Shown: positions 13,284-37,619 of the stretch, in pieces
How positions within the stretch are numbered: position 1 is the first letter of the stretch
Layout of the letters: every line of letters starts with the position of its first letter
NCBI GenBank assembly: GCA_963693365.1
Contig: CAVNZM010000012.1
Coordinates: forward strand, 5,716,889 to 5,780,888
From: Amoebidium appalachense
Taxonomy: Eukaryota > Protista > Ichthyosporea
Direction: 5' to 3'
Length of the DNA: 64,000 bases
Position numbers and translations under genes: made by a program
The notes under the pieces: model-generated
What the model saw: the letters and a program-made list of their open reading frames with translations, nothing else
Told to the model about the DNA's origin: nothing
Databases searched by the model: none

Positions 13284-14160
13284 ACACATACACACACCGT
13301 GTGATACACAAAATAACACAAAACACACACACACACACAGACACACGAACTCGCACGTGCGCCCCTGCATGCACACACACACACACACGCACACACGCAC
13401 ACACACACACACGCACACACACACGCACACGCGCGCGTACACTCACACACACACACACACACGCGCGCGCGCGCACACGCACACACGCATGCACACACAC
13501 ACACACGCGCGCGCGCGCTCTTACCCGTGGCCAGACCGTGGCTACCTAGCAGAGCCACCAGCCTGTCTCCTATGTGCTGCCTCTGTGCCTCCTCGCCCAC
13601 TCCAAGTCCCTGCAGCCGTGTCCTGCACTAAAGTCAGCCCCAATCTTCCCACCCCCTCCCTCCCCCCTCCCACCTCTCCCCGTGCACGTACTCCATCCAG
13701 GCCGTCAGCTCAGCCAGCCGTGTGTCCAGCTCAGCCATAAACCCCTCCAGCCCCCCCTCAGGGGTGCTCCCCCCCGTGCCTGCTGTTCCATCCCGTCAGC
13801 CCCCTGCCTCCACCCCCCCACCCCCCCAGCCACGCACGCACCCATCTTCAACTCCGTGCAGGTAGACCCAGCCTACGGCACGCCACCTTTCCGCACCAGC
13901 ACCGGTCACCAGCGAGGCACAGGGGCTGTAGGGTGCGGGGCAGGCAGGGCAGGACCTAGACGGTCGGCAAGTAGGTCTGGTGTGTGCAGGCACAAAGAGG
14001 CCCAGTCTATGCATGCAGCGCACACCGTGACCCACCACCAGGCCCTGTCTGCTGTTTGCTCTCTAGGCGCACTCTCTTGGGGCTCTCATCATACTTTTGT
14101 TGAGGGCTCAGGCACACTTTGCGGCTAAGTTGCCAGCGGGCTGGCTCATGAAGTGCACAG
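6211..14160 (-). CDS. TBC1D30: TBC1D30-like Rab GTPase-activating protein (multi-exon; 5' end uncertain)
   Basis: Spliced peptides [19 protein letters not shown] / VGYCQSLNF / QNYFT / [17 protein letters not shown] (9381-9430) / [25 protein letters not shown] / [20 protein letters not shown] / FYSEMKTL / [15 protein letters not shown]. Arg finger (DLHRT) and Gln finger (YCQ) intact. PPLTNxF and PFPxPxLAELR recall TBC1D30. Stop TAG at 6211-6213. Confidence 0.88.
6748..7923. mobile_element. PIF/Harbinger (Tourist-like) non-autonomous element in a TBC1D30 intron
   Basis: TIRs GGCCGTGTTTGGCAGC / GCTGCCAAACATGCCC (14/16 match), TAA at 6745-6747 and 7924-7926, AT-rich body, internal ~50-bp repeat x3 (6905-7045). 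Confidence 0.8.
7397..7864. mobile_element. Nested foldback MITE with TTAA TSD (Kolobok-like termini)
   Basis: TTAA|GGTAGCT...AGCTACC|TTAA; ~190-bp near-perfect inverted arms (7397-~7590, ~7672-7864). Confidence 0.8.
7995..8120 (-). repeat. Triplicated 3' splice site plus exon start (~41-bp unit)
   Basis: CTTCATCTCGCTGTAGAACTAAAAATAGAACTGGTC x3 across a TBC1D30 acceptor. Confidence 0.85.
8119..8424 (-). repeat. ~30-bp minisatellite resembling the adjacent exon end/donor
   Basis: CCTATGTGCAGGGCGATGGATTAAGGGGGGA about x10. Confidence 0.85.
11445..11550 (-). repeat. ~26-bp repeat x4 forming most of a short TBC1D30 intron
   Basis: CCCCCCAGCATCAGGCCCCATGCAC units; CCTGAT/CCTGAC on the minus strand. 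Confidence 0.8.
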
Positions 14161-14583
14161 ACTGTTTGTCAGAGATGCGCACTGGTAATATAGTATCGTA
14201 TCAGTCCGCCGATGTATTGGGCGCGCAAACAATGATCGATGCGTTGCTAGAATAGCATCATCTGGTGCAGGGTTGGAAAGCGGGCAACTTTGCTGTTACG
14301 TAATCAGTTTTATACCTATGATCGAGCAATGATCGACTGTCCAAACACAACGGCAACACACGAATAAATTGCATTTGGACAAACTCGGTGACTACTTTGA
14401 GTAGCTGTGCAATTATATTAATTATCATATCTGTATAGCATGATACTCCCGGTAACTAAGTCACATATTGTTATACAGCACAACACATCCGATCAGGCCA
14501 GGGGGCCCATGGAGTACTCACATACAAAGATATATCTCTACAGAGGCTGTGCACACAGGGGAGAGACGGAGAACGGGGGGAGA

Positions 14584-14619
<36 letters not shown>

Positions 14620-14777
14620 GGGGGGGGGGGGGGGGCACGAGGAAGAGAGACGCACACAGAGAGAAGGCACGAAGGGAGAGAGAGAGAGATGCATTCACAA
14701 TTGAGAAGTGAACATATGTAAACAAACAAACAAAATCAAGCATATTGCACACACACGCACTCTGTCTCTCTCTCTCC

Positions 14778-14809
<32 letters not shown>

Positions 14810-14844
14810 GAAACACGAACCCACACATGTACACACACACATGT

Positions 14845-14922
<78 letters not shown>

Positions 14923-15001
14923 ACACACAGACACACAGACACACACAAACACAAACACACACACACACACACCTGTGACACACCGTCACACACTGCGGCC
15001 G

Positions 15002-15035
<34 letters not shown>

Positions 15036-15499
15036 ACAACAAAAAAAAAAAAAAAAAAAAAAAAACTCACCCCAACCCGACACAACCGGACGCGGGGGTG
15101 AGCTGATTGTCAGGTTGAAAACAATACTGCTGCCCTGCCACTGTCATGTTTTACTCCGTGTGCCTTCGTATTCAGCACACCGAATTAAAAGGCTGGAGCT
15201 GGCTGGCAAGCAGCGCGCAAAGCATTCCCGTACAGTGTGTCACATGTAAAGAGTAGCACCGTTGGCAATTTGATGGGCAAAAGCTTTGTTATACAACGTT
15301 ATTGAGTAAGTACCTCGTATGGTTGGTCTGAGTCACTGACTTTGAGTGGCAAACCACACAGCTGGCACCCAGCTCGAAACTACAACTGAGCTCTTATTAT
15401 CGAAACTGGCCAGCCCCTCTGCGCTTGCCATATGTGGCTGGGCTTCATTTTCTGTCAGCGCCAAGGAACAGAAATATGCCAGGCAAGCACATTGCTGTG

Positions 15500-15554
15500 C
15501 TAACACGTACTGACGTGTTGCCACACGTGCGACGCTATACATCTGTCCCTTTTA

Positions 15555-15585
<31 letters not shown>

Positions 15586-15842
15586 GAAAGGAGACACCGC
15601 CTCAGTAGGTGGTAGATTGTTGTGGTACTGAGGATAGTTGCGCTATGGTACTTTTTACAGAGCGAAAGAACAACAAACATTTTGCGGGAAACAAAGGAAA
15701 TGCGGGCGGACTCCTACCACCTACTGAGGCGGTGTCTCCTTTTTCCTTTTCTTTTTTTTTTTTTTTTTTTTTTTTTGCAAAAAGGGCCGCCACAGGTAGA
15801 TGTATAACGTCGCACGTGCGGCAACACGTCAGTACGTGTTAG
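15500..15842. mobile_element. Foldback/MITE-like element with ~115-bp inverted arms
   Basis: CTAACACGTACTGACGTGTTGCC...poly-A...GGAGACACCGCCTCAGTAGGTGGTAG mirrored by CTACCACCTACTGAGGCGGTGTCTCC...poly-T...GGCAACACGTCAGTACGTGTTAG. No clear TSD. Confidence 0.75.
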
Positions 15843-17579
15843 GGCGGACTCCAGCCCTCGATCGATTTTCGTTGCCCGCATTCCATCCTGGCGACATTGG
15901 CACATAAAAATAGATTTTTGCGGGAGAACCCATTGAATTGTTTGTACGCCCAATTGCGCCCCGCCCCGGGGGACGTAATAATTAGTATGTATCCAATATT
16001 GAAAGTGCAATGATCCCTTCATATTAGTATCCTCATGAGTCCTCCCCCAACTCTCCCTCTCCTCCCCCCTCCTCCCCCCCTCCCCCTTCTTTCAAAGTTT
16101 TCTTTTTCGGATTTGATTTTGTTACTACTATTGTTATTGCTGCTATTATTTTATCAACACGAGTTATTTCATTGTTTCCACCTGTTTGTTATTTATTTTT
16201 TCATTACAGCCTACTGAGACTATAGAGTATGTATTCACCTATAGCTATCGCTCGCCAAAAAACAGGGGAAAAAAGCATAGCCCAGCTTTGCGGCTCTAGC
16301 ATGTATCTGCTGCCATAGTCTACACGGCCTACATTCTGAGCATTCGCGTGGGAGCACTACCCCTTCGTGTGCATCCATTGCTTTAATAAAAAAACTGCGT
16401 TTTCCTTCAGTAATCCGACTGCCGGTCGCCCCTCGAGCTCCCCCTCCTCCCCCCCCCCCCCCCCCCTCCCTCCCTCCCTCTTTTTTTTTTTTTAGAACCA
16501 CGCAGATGCCCCCGGTCACCGTGATCATTGATATGTACAACAAAGTTGAAGGTCTTAATGACATGATACCTGGTATAGGCTACCACTATTAGACATAATG
16601 CATGATGCCCCGAATGAAGCAGGAGATCTACCACTGAGCTGAACCCCTTCACAGGCACCGGTGAGGAGTGTTCGTTGCAAGTGGTTCTAACGTGTACACG
16701 TAGCTACGGAAGGGGACTAAGGTATCTCCCCGTGAGCATATCGCACAACTTGTAACACCGTGCCTGAGCAGCATACTGTTGGCCAATGAGAGTGACTGTC
16801 CGGATTGGCCCATGGTCGGGCCTGGGGGTGTTTGCCTGACTCAGAGCACTATGTCCTTACATAATAATGGTGTCTGTCGCCTGACCAATATTAATCCCTC
16901 TTGAACACGAAAAGGCCGAATCACGGGCCGTAAAGTAAGAACAATGAGGTAAGCTTAAGAAGGAAACGATCTACAGTTGATCCAAACACTCCCATCTAAT
17001 CCCCTACGATGGATGTCGTGCCGTCTCTCTGGAATGTGTATTACTTAGCCTAATAGGTGTGTTAAACCTGCCCAGAAGTATCGCATGCCGTATTTCGGTT
17101 CAATGTCAGAGGGTATAGGGTTGCCTAGAGTGTTGAAGGAGAAGGGGGGGGGGGGGGGGGGGGGGCACCCAGCTGTGACAGTCGGGTTTCTGAGGGAAAA
17201 AGTAGGACCAGTACTAGTACGGTGTGACGTGTTTGTGCATGCTGCCTTGTGTGGCTGTGCGCCTTAAGAGCCATGGTACTCACGACAACTCATTTGGCAC
17301 GTCCGTCATTCTGCGTGGGCCGGGGTGAACGTCGGTGGGTCAGCCCCCCCTTTCCCCCCAACCCCTCCCCAACCCAGTGGCACTCCCACTCGGCTAGCCG
17401 GAGGTAGGCCAGCCTGCAGAGTGACCGATGTGACCAAGACTACCAGCAAAATGCATGTGGCATTCTAGGGTGAGTGGTTTGACGCAGTGTGAGTGTGCTG
17501 TCAGCAAATGAGAAGCAACGACTGGCAGAGGTCCAAGTGGCCCATGACCACTCAGGGAGTCGATTCGGCGCAAATTTGT

Positions 17580-17730
17580 GCAGACAAGCATAGTCTAAGC
17601 TTGACATGTGGTGTCAGTAGCAGCATCCTGCAGACAAGCATAGTCTAAGCTTGATATGTGGTGTCAATAGCAGCATCCTGCAGACAAGCATAGTCTAAGC
17701 TTGATATGTGGTGTCAGTAGCAGCATCCTG
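17580..17730. repeat. 50-bp tandem repeat x3
   Basis: CAGACAAGCATAGTCTAAGCTTGATATGTGGTGTCAGTAGCAGCATCCTG. Confidence 0.9.
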
Positions 17731-19042
17731 AGGGTGCACCCTGAGTCGTCGTGCTCCCACCCATCAAGGCCCTTTGGGGTTGGGTTTAAAATTTTACAGA
17801 TCCGACGTCCGAGCCACACGCCTCAGTGATTTCCGGTGCATCCGAGGCAAGTGCATATGTAGCTGATGTTACACTGTGACTGCCGCATGAAGCAAAAGAC
17901 ACGTATTGGATAGTGGTGCAGTGGAATCCGTTTGTTCGGTGCAGTACATGTCCCCCTCACGGGTCTGTGTGTGCCTGTATACGTGCGTGGCCCAGACATG
18001 ACCGGTTCTGGCACGGTGTAGATTGTGGTAGGCTATCCACTATCACATGCTGCCAAGGGGAGGACTCAGGTGTCGTTGTGTTGCGGTGGGCAGTGCATGC
18101 TGGCTGTGTATGTTGCGGCAGTCAGAACGGTATGTGCCCGCAGTATGCAATAAGTTACAGCTACATTTGATCAACGTGTGCACGGGCTGATTTCACTTTA
18201 AACCGGAGTAACGTTGTATGTGGCCAACGGTGGCACATGCGGCATGGTTGAACTGCCACTTTGACTTTGATGGATTGCATAAGGTTAGTTGGCCGGCTTC
18301 CAGGCTGGCCGCCAAATAAAAATGTGAACCCCCACTGCGCATGCTCATACGGTGATGGGCTATGGCCTGCTGGCCATGATATATGTACACACTGTGCCAG
18401 CTGTACATGCACTGCGGCACCACCACGACACTGCAGCCTTCGGGCAGCTGCAAAACACTGCCATGGAGACTCAAGTGTGGGGTAGATATCACTGCCTAGC
18501 CGGCACAGACAGTACGGTGATGATGCGAGAGCCAGACCAGGTCCGTAAATAGACCTACTGGCCCACAGCAACATGCAGCCGTGCATGCTGGCCCTCCCTA
18601 GTGCCTGCATGCCCATGCCCATATATGGACACCATGTGCAAGCGGTGTGTATGGGGAGGGTGGGTGGGATGGGGCCGGGAAGGGGGGGGGGAGAAGGGGG
18701 ATGGGCCCGGGGGGAGGGGGGTGGGTGATGGGGGGGGGGGGGGGGGGGGAGACACTGCAGGAAAGACACCGTTTGACTGCCTTCAATAGGCCGAAGGTCA
18801 TTTTGTATTTTGGACCTTATTGGGCATAATAATATCTGGTATTGTCTTTTAGGCTGCCGGGATTTGTGTCTTGAAGTTACACCTAAAACTATTAAGCAAA
18901 GGCAGACAGCTTGTAAATAAATTGGAAGACTTATGCTGTCTTTCGGCAGCTCAATTGTCTTACACAGGACACTATTATTCTATGTACCATGCAAACACAT
19001 CATATGATATATATTTACAGTCTAAGTATATACATGGTGGCG

Positions 19043-19801
19043 CTATTTGTCAGCCTGCTTGCTCTTGAACGGGTTGAGGTTTGCAGCCCCCTTGACCAGC
19101 GTCTTTCCAACCCCCCCCACCCCCTTGGCTACCCCCACACCCACCGTAGCCACCCCCTTGCCCACACCCACCACGCCCTTGCCCACACCCACCACGCCCT
19201 TGCCCACCACCCCCCCCACGGCACCCACAGCATCCAGGGGCTGCATCTTGGCCTTGCGCTGCTTCATGCCTGCACGCATTGGTAGGGTCAGCACATGCCC
19301 ACCAGCAAGCACACCCAGGGGGCCCAGCACGTACCAATGTCCATGGCGGCCCACTGGCCCTGCAGGATGCTGATGGCCGTGTCCACGGGCACACAGGCAT
19401 ACCTGCTGCTGGTCTCCTGCTGGCTGGCCAGCCGCAGCGCCAGCAGCTTGCTGATGCTGTCCTCAACCTGGGCCACAGTCAGCACACAGCCATGCAGCCA
19501 CACAGGCACACAGGAGCACAGGCACATAGGCACGCACACACACACAGAGGGGAGGGGAAGGGAGGCTGAGACAAGCGGGAACCAGCGCGGAGGGAGATTG
19601 GGTTGAAGAGAGGGGGAGAAAAGGGGGGAGGGGGGGGGAGAGAGAGAGAGAGAGGGGGGGGGGGGGGGAAGAAGAAACAGAGAGAGAAAGAAAGCAAGAA
19701 TAGGGAGGGGAGCTCTCTCGGGGGGAGGGGGGGGGGGGGGGAGAAGGAACGGGAAGAGGACAGGGAGACGGGAAAAGAGCAAGTAGAGAGGCAGGGAGAG
19801 A

Positions 19802-19836
<35 letters not shown>

Positions 19837-20185
19837 TGTGTTTGTGTGTGTTTGTGTCGGGGGGGGAGGGGGGAGGGGGAGGGGGGATGGGAAGGGACAG
19901 GGTGGGGAGACAGTGAGTGGGCAAGAGAGAAGACTCTAGGAAAAGGGAAACCGAGAGGGGAGGGAGGAGAAGGGGAGGCCGAGGGGGGCGACGGGGTAGG
20001 AAGTGATGAAGGAAGAAAGGGAGGGTGAGATAGTGAGAGTTAAGGAATGAAGCAATGACTGAGAAAGGAAGGGAAGGAGGGAGCAAGGGAGGGAGCCACG
20101 GTAGAAGGGAGAGGGAGACAGCGCGCGAGACGCAGACACGGACACACACACATAATATACACACATGCAGGCATGCACCCAGCCA

Positions 20186-20229
<44 letters not shown>

Positions 20230-20395
20230 GCACGCACGCACGCACGCACACACCTATGTGGCATGCATGCACACAAAACACACACACACACACTTGCACC
20301 CCCCCCCCCCCCCCCCCCCCCCCCCCCACACACACCCACACCCACAACCGTACCCCCACCCCCAGACCCCTACAAGAACACATACACACACGCGT

Positions 20396-20439
<44 letters not shown>

Positions 20440-20555
20440 CCCCCCCCCCCCCCCCCAAACACACACAGACACTCTCCACTCCCACACGCACGAGCCCACA
20501 CACACGTACACACAGACACACATGTATACTCAACCATCTCCATCCCTCGCGCGCG

Positions 20556-20616
<61 letters not shown>

Positions 20617-20977
20617 ACACCCACACCCACACCCACACCCACATGCACGAATGCACACACTCGCACCATCACCACCCACCCACCCACCCACCCACCCACC
20701 CACCCACATCCACACACATGCGCAATCACAACACCCACACACACACACATATCCACACACCCACCCACACCCACACCCACACCCACCCACACACACCTCG
20801 AAGTCCACGTCCAGGCCCAGCTTCTCCAGCAGGAATGCCTCCGCAAACCTATCCAGCTCCTCCACTGCCCCCAACCAATCAGATCACTTGCAACACCCCC
20901 CCTCCCCCCCCTGAGACATACACTCCAGTGGGCCGTGCAGCAGCAGCATGTAGTAGCCCAGCACCTGTGCCCCCCGT

Positions 20978-21034
<57 letters not shown>

Positions 21035-24000
21035 CGCATGAGGGGTTCCACGTACGGCCTCGCAGACCTCCTGGTCCTCGCAGCTGTGCACCAGCTTGAG
21101 GATCAGGCTGTCGTTGTTGCTGAGCATCTTGGTGTACAGCGTCTCCGTCTGCCCACACGTCAGCATCTACCTCCCCCCCCCCCCCCCCCCCCCCCGCACG
21201 TACCAGGGTGGCCTCCTGTGTCTGCATGGCCAGGGCGCGCTGGCTGTATGCCCGGTAGCCCATGTAGCCCAGCCCCCCCACTATCGTCAGCATCAGCTCG
21301 TCGCTGAACTGCCCCGCCTGCACAAAAGCACTCAGCTATCCCCCCCCCCCCCCCGCCCCCCTTCCCCCCCCCCCCCCCCCCCTGCGCCCCTTGGTTGCAC
21401 TTGCATCGAGCACGGAGGTGACGACTGTGGCCAGGCCCATGACCACGGTGACCAGCAGCATGATCGAATCCATGGACGGCAGCTTGATGATGCGCGCAGG
21501 AAACAGCAGCTCTAGGTCCGCCTGCAAAAAAAGGTCACCACCATGCACACACACAGACACAGCCACCACACACAGACACAGCCGCCACACACGCGGCCAC
21601 CAACTTCCACCCAGCACCCAATCACACACACACACAGACAGGCACGTACGCGGGGGATGTCGTGGAAGTGCTTGAGCATGATATGCTTGCTGCCGGCCGG
21701 CCGGTAGACCAGCACCATGTCCTTGAACGAGGGCTCCTGGATCGTGTGCTCCACCACAATGTCTGCCCTCTCTGTTAGCATCCCCCCCCCCCCCCCCCCC
21801 CCCCCCCCCAAAAAAAAACTCTTCCTCCCCCCCCCCCCCCCCCCCCCAAAACACGTACCCTGGGGCAGCAATCGCAGCTGGTCGATCCTCACCCGGTCGA
21901 TCTTGACGTCGGCCTCCACCACTGCCCCACCACTCAGCACCCACCAGCCCCCCTACCCTCTAAGCACATTGCATGCCCTTGGGCCTTACCCTTCTCAGGG
22001 AAGACCTTGCGGATCTTTGCGCGCTCTGTGCGCTCCTTCTCGACCTCTGTCTCCATAGCCGGCCGCCTGCGTGGGCTGTAGAGGAACACGTAGACCAGGG
22101 TGGTGGCCAGCAGCAGCTCCACAAACACCCAGCCCACATAGTCCCACACCTCTGCAAACCAGTTAGCAAGACCGTGCCGTGCCATGTAAAGTGCACTCTG
22201 GCTAGTGGGAACCTAGGTTCGAGAACGATGCCCCCATGATACCGGGGCCTAGACTACACACATGCATGCCCATGTTCAGTCGGGCCCTTCTGAAGGGCCA
22301 CGAGGGGAGGGTAGGGCAGCACAGGTCCAACTCACCGGCGCCTGGAGGTGGGTGGGCCAGCTGCTGGTATGCGGCATACAGAAAGAGGGTTGCCCACATC
22401 CCCACGGTGGCCTGCAGCCAGTCCCTCAGCCTCCCACCCACCCAATCCCCTCCCCCCAGCCCGCTGCCTACCAGTGTCTTTGTGGACTTTGGGAAGGCCA
22501 CTGAGCCGCTGCTGACCACGCCGTCGTCCTTTGGGGCCTTTGCCTTTTTAGCCAGCCCCAGCCGCTGCCAAACAGTCAGCAGCACACCCCAACAGGGCCC
22601 ACGCGGGGGGCAGGGCACACACCTGGCGCAAGGAGGCCACGGCATCAGCCAGCACGGTCTGGGCCCTGGTCAGCAGCAGGTTGATCTTCTCCAGCACAAA
22701 CAGGTCCGTCTTGGACTCTATCCCCGTGCCCCGGTGGAACAGCAGGATGTAGTCCGTGATGTCCGCCCGGTACCGCAGGTCCTGCGAGGGGCCCAGCTCG
22801 GGAGGGTTCTTCTTGAGCCGCTGGAAGTGGCGGAAAAACAGCCGCCCATCGACCGCGTCTGCATCCAGGTCTATCTCCACGCTCAGGTTGTAGTTGAGCT
22901 TGAGCGCCTGTTGCATCTGCACACTGCCCTCAGCACCTGCACCCTTTCAAACCCCCCCCCCCCCTCTCCCCTCCCCCCCCCCTCCCCCCCCCCCCCCCCC
23001 TTTCGTCCGTCTTCCCCCCCACCTCTGTCTCCGTCATCAGGCGGTAGTTGCCCCTGTCCAGCACCTCAGCCAGCTGGTCCAGAAACTCATCCTCTCTCAT
23101 TTCTATCTCTGCACCCAGCAGCCGCTCCTTCTCAATCCTGAAAAACCCGCCCTCAGCAACCCCTCCCCCCCCCCCCCTCTCGGCCAGCAGCAGACCCACC
23201 TGCTGACGGACTTCTTTGGGTCGAAGTATGAAAACAGGTTCAGCAGACTCTCCGCTGTCTGCCTGAACGTCACATGGTAGTAGCTGTGCACCCGTTTATT
23301 AGCAACAAAGCCCCACCACAGGCCTCCCAGCCTCCGCCTCCCCAGACCAACCCCCCCACCTGGATATGGACTTGCACAGAAGCCCCAGCTTGGCCCCCTC
23401 CTCCCCGCCCTTTTTGTCCGCCCAGTCGTTGAGTATGGCCTCCACCTGCCCCCCCTCTCAGTACCCCGACCAGCACCCACCCACCCAGATAGTCCAGGGC
23501 GCGCACCATCTTTGCCTGGGGCACGGCTATGTAGTGTTGCCGTGGCCGTGGAAACTGCTCGACCTCCGCCGGCACCGTTGCAAAAAGCTGCACGCCCGTC
23601 AGCCTCCCCTCCCCCCCCCCCCCCCTCCCCTCCCCCCCCCTCCCCCCTCGCCCCCCCCTCCCCTCCTTCTGCTGTCCCCCCCCGTGCGCTTCCAGGAGGG
23701 CGCACCTTCAGCAGCCAGGCCGTCCAGCCGGCCTGCTTTGCCGGGGTATCTGCCTCTGCACTCGTCTTGTTGGCCACCGTCAACACGCCCTGATGTTGCC
23801 GCCGCGCCTCGTCCCGCAGAGCCAGCAGTCGCTACAGCCCAGATCTTAGCCATTACCCCCTCCCCCTTCCCTCCCCGCCACGCCAACCACTATCCCCCTC
23901 TCCCCCCCCCCCCCCGCCCCCCCCCGCCTTCACCTCCCACCTCTCCCACTGGGTGTGTGTGTGCGGCGCACCTGCTTCTCCTCGTCTGACGTCACCCCCT

Positions 24001-24169
24001 GCACTGTCACTACCTCGGGCTCAACCTGCACCCCCGCCAACCCCGCGGGGACATCGGCTGCAGGCTGGGCTGGCACGTCGGTTGGCTCGGCAGGTGCCTG
24101 CACAGCGTCCGCTGTCGCGGGATCTGGGGCCTCCTGCGCCGGTGGCGCTGGGGGCGCTGTGTCGGCCAT
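19043..24169 (-). CDS. TMEM143: TMEM143/DUF3754-family membrane protein (multi-exon)
   Basis: ATG 24169 (MADTAPP...). Exons give YYHVTF..LFSYFDP, EDEFLDQLAEVLDRGNY, LLFHRGTG, IQEPSFKDMVLVYR, LKHFHDIP, ADLELLFP, TM pair, LYTKMLSNN..EDQEVCEA, LDRFAEAFL..DVDFEVEDSISKL, matching recalled DUF3754 motifs. Stop at 19043. Confidence 0.85.
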
Positions 24170-24743
24170 ATTGCGTGCAGCACAGCCACGCACAGCCAAA
24201 TGCTAATGGTGTCTACCGCTGGTACCCCTTGCTCACAGCGTGGGTAGAAGCAAAGTTGCAGCAGCGCAAGCACAAGTGCAGAACTAACGCTTTAGTTGAA
24301 CTTAGCCTAGCTAGCCTATTGTAGGAGGAGAGAAGAAAAAAAAAAAAGTGCGGCGCCGTAGCGATGCAAAATCATGCGATCACGGCAGATCTTTGCTGAT
24401 AGCGTGATCGCTGGCTTTATTGCGCCTCGGTATGTGTGGCATGCACCGTGGAATGATTATGGTTGTAAAAACAGTGTGTGTCAATGTACTGAACAAAGTT
24501 GTTGAGAACAACACATGTTTGCATTGCCTGGGTGTAGGCCTCACTCGCGTTAAAGACAAATTCACCAGGCTTCCAGTGTTGAATAGCTGCACCTGCTGGG
24601 TAGCGCTCGCTCCCAGCCAGCGCTAGTGCTTTGTCACAGCATGGTGGCCTGCCTGCGCGGCAAGGAACCACACACCAGAGCACCTGTTTGCGGGCCAGCA
24701 CTATGTGCCTGTAGCCGGGGCCCTGTGCGCCAGGGAGGTGAGG
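24170..24743. promoter_or_regulatory. Putative bidirectional promoter (TMEM143-like / adenylyl cyclase)
   Basis: 574 bp between divergent predicted start codons. Confidence 0.55.
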
Positions 24744-32097
<7,354 letters not shown>

Positions 32098-33026
32098 CCT
32101 GTTATCTTACTATCCGTGAATGATGTGTTATGTAGCTGGATGAATGATTGCGATAGTTGAATGGACATACGTTGAACGTAGTGTATACCGGTAGCCTGGC
32201 ACTGGGGTAGGCCCAGGGCAGCAGTAGCAGCCCCAGTCACTAGTATTAGATCCAAACTCATTATAATAAAGGTATTGAAGGCACGGCAGCAGCTGCTGGG
32301 GGTTTGTGGGACCAGGTCTGTGCACAGTACTGCAGTCGGTTCGTATATGCACACAGTGGCCCCGTCCACGTGACTCTGGCAGCACACTTACTGAAACCCC
32401 CCCCAGCCCAAAGTTGACTGTCACGCACACACATACACACACGCGTGCGCACACACACACGGGGCATACACACACACACACACACACAGACACACACACA
32501 CACACACACACGGTGACTTAAAGCACACATACGTGCATTCGTGCACCATGGCACCGACACAACCACGTATACAAACCACGCAGTGAAACACAAACAGGTG
32601 CCATTGGTGCTAGCTCACACGCAGTGCCACACATTTGCCGCGACAGCACACAATTGCATCGTGATGCATTGTCAAACAGCCTTCCGTATAACTAAGTGGT
32701 ACAATATCGATGCACAGAATGAAAAGGTAGTGGATAGCCCGAAGCGAGTTGCAAGTGAAAGTAAACAGCCAGAATGCCCGGTAGTACTCTTCAGTCAGGC
32801 AGCATGTGGGCTACCGTGAAATAAATAGACACCGGTGTTACACGACTTGAGGGAATTCACGTTTTACTACTATCATCTTTACTATGCAGTCCGAGAAATC
32901 TGTTTTATTATTACTATTATCTTCACTGTGCAGCTCAATAAATTATATATTTTATAACTATCATCTTCACTATGAATAGAGTATAATTGGGTACACTGTC
33001 ACACACACCGTGGCACACACACCCAA

Positions 33027-36530
<3,504 letters not shown>

Positions 36531-37619
36531 GCTATTGCAAAGGGAAAGTTCGAACTTCACATCTACTTTTGTTCAGGGAGGGGATTACGAAAAAAAATCG
36601 TCGCAATTACGATTAACGAAAGACCCCGATGCGGATAAGGTTAGGGTGCCGTCGTAACAGCTTTCGTATCAGATGTATAGCATTATAACCGCTTTAAGAC
36701 CCCCTAATATCTAGCTGTTCCTAATTTTTTCAATATTTCTGTTCAAGAACATATTTACAGCGCTTCTTATGAGCAATATCGCACCCCGACAAGTCTCCAG
36801 GGCTTGTAATTTTGCGATACTTAATTTGTAAAAACGCGTATTTTGAGTTTTGTGACTGGAGGGGCGTCTTTAGCTGGCATTGCAGATCCCCAAGAACCTC
36901 CCCGTTACGATTAAGAAACTGTCCGTAAGGACAATACGGTTAAGCTGGCCAACCCCACCCCAACCCTGCTTTTGTTCGAATCGTTCGATCTGTATACACC
37001 GAATCCCCGATCTCCACGCGAGCCAATCGGAATGAGCGTACATAAAATATGCGCAAATAAATAATTATTAATAAAATAGCTGTTGCAAAGTTTGCAGCCT
37101 CCTAATACATAATAAAAATGTATATTAATAATTAGTGCATATGTATAGAGTATGAGCTTTGGTGCATGCGTCTTGTGGGCCCCGCGTACGTATGTATATA
37201 CGCCATGCATCCGCACAGGCGCGGCGATGCACTGTAGGTCTGGCGCACCCACGGTGTGTGAATATGAATGCAGAATCCGGGGCACCAATAGGAAGGGGCA
37301 GCGCCATGTGATCCGCATCCAGGCAATTATTTCGGAAAATTACGTGTAGCTGTTTAATTTGGTGAAATACCCGAATAGCTCATTCTAAAACGGAGGGTTT
37401 TGGTCTTTTTTTCTATTAAAGGGGTGTTTTGAATGCTAATTTGCACAAAACACCCATAATCGTATTCCCAGAATAGTGCGAAAGTGGGGCTCAAGGAAAC
37501 AGATGAATGGGACATTTTTTGGAAGGTACAACGCCAACGCAGCCAAAAAGCCACCGGTCAGTCCTTCAGCTGTCAGCAGATACACACAGGCAGGGACAGG
37601 CACACAGGCAGGGACAGGC

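Noticed and set aside
17725-17746. Palindrome AGGGTGCACCCT between CCTGAG repeats as an excision footprint
   Set aside because: Short enough to arise by chance beside a tandem repeat.
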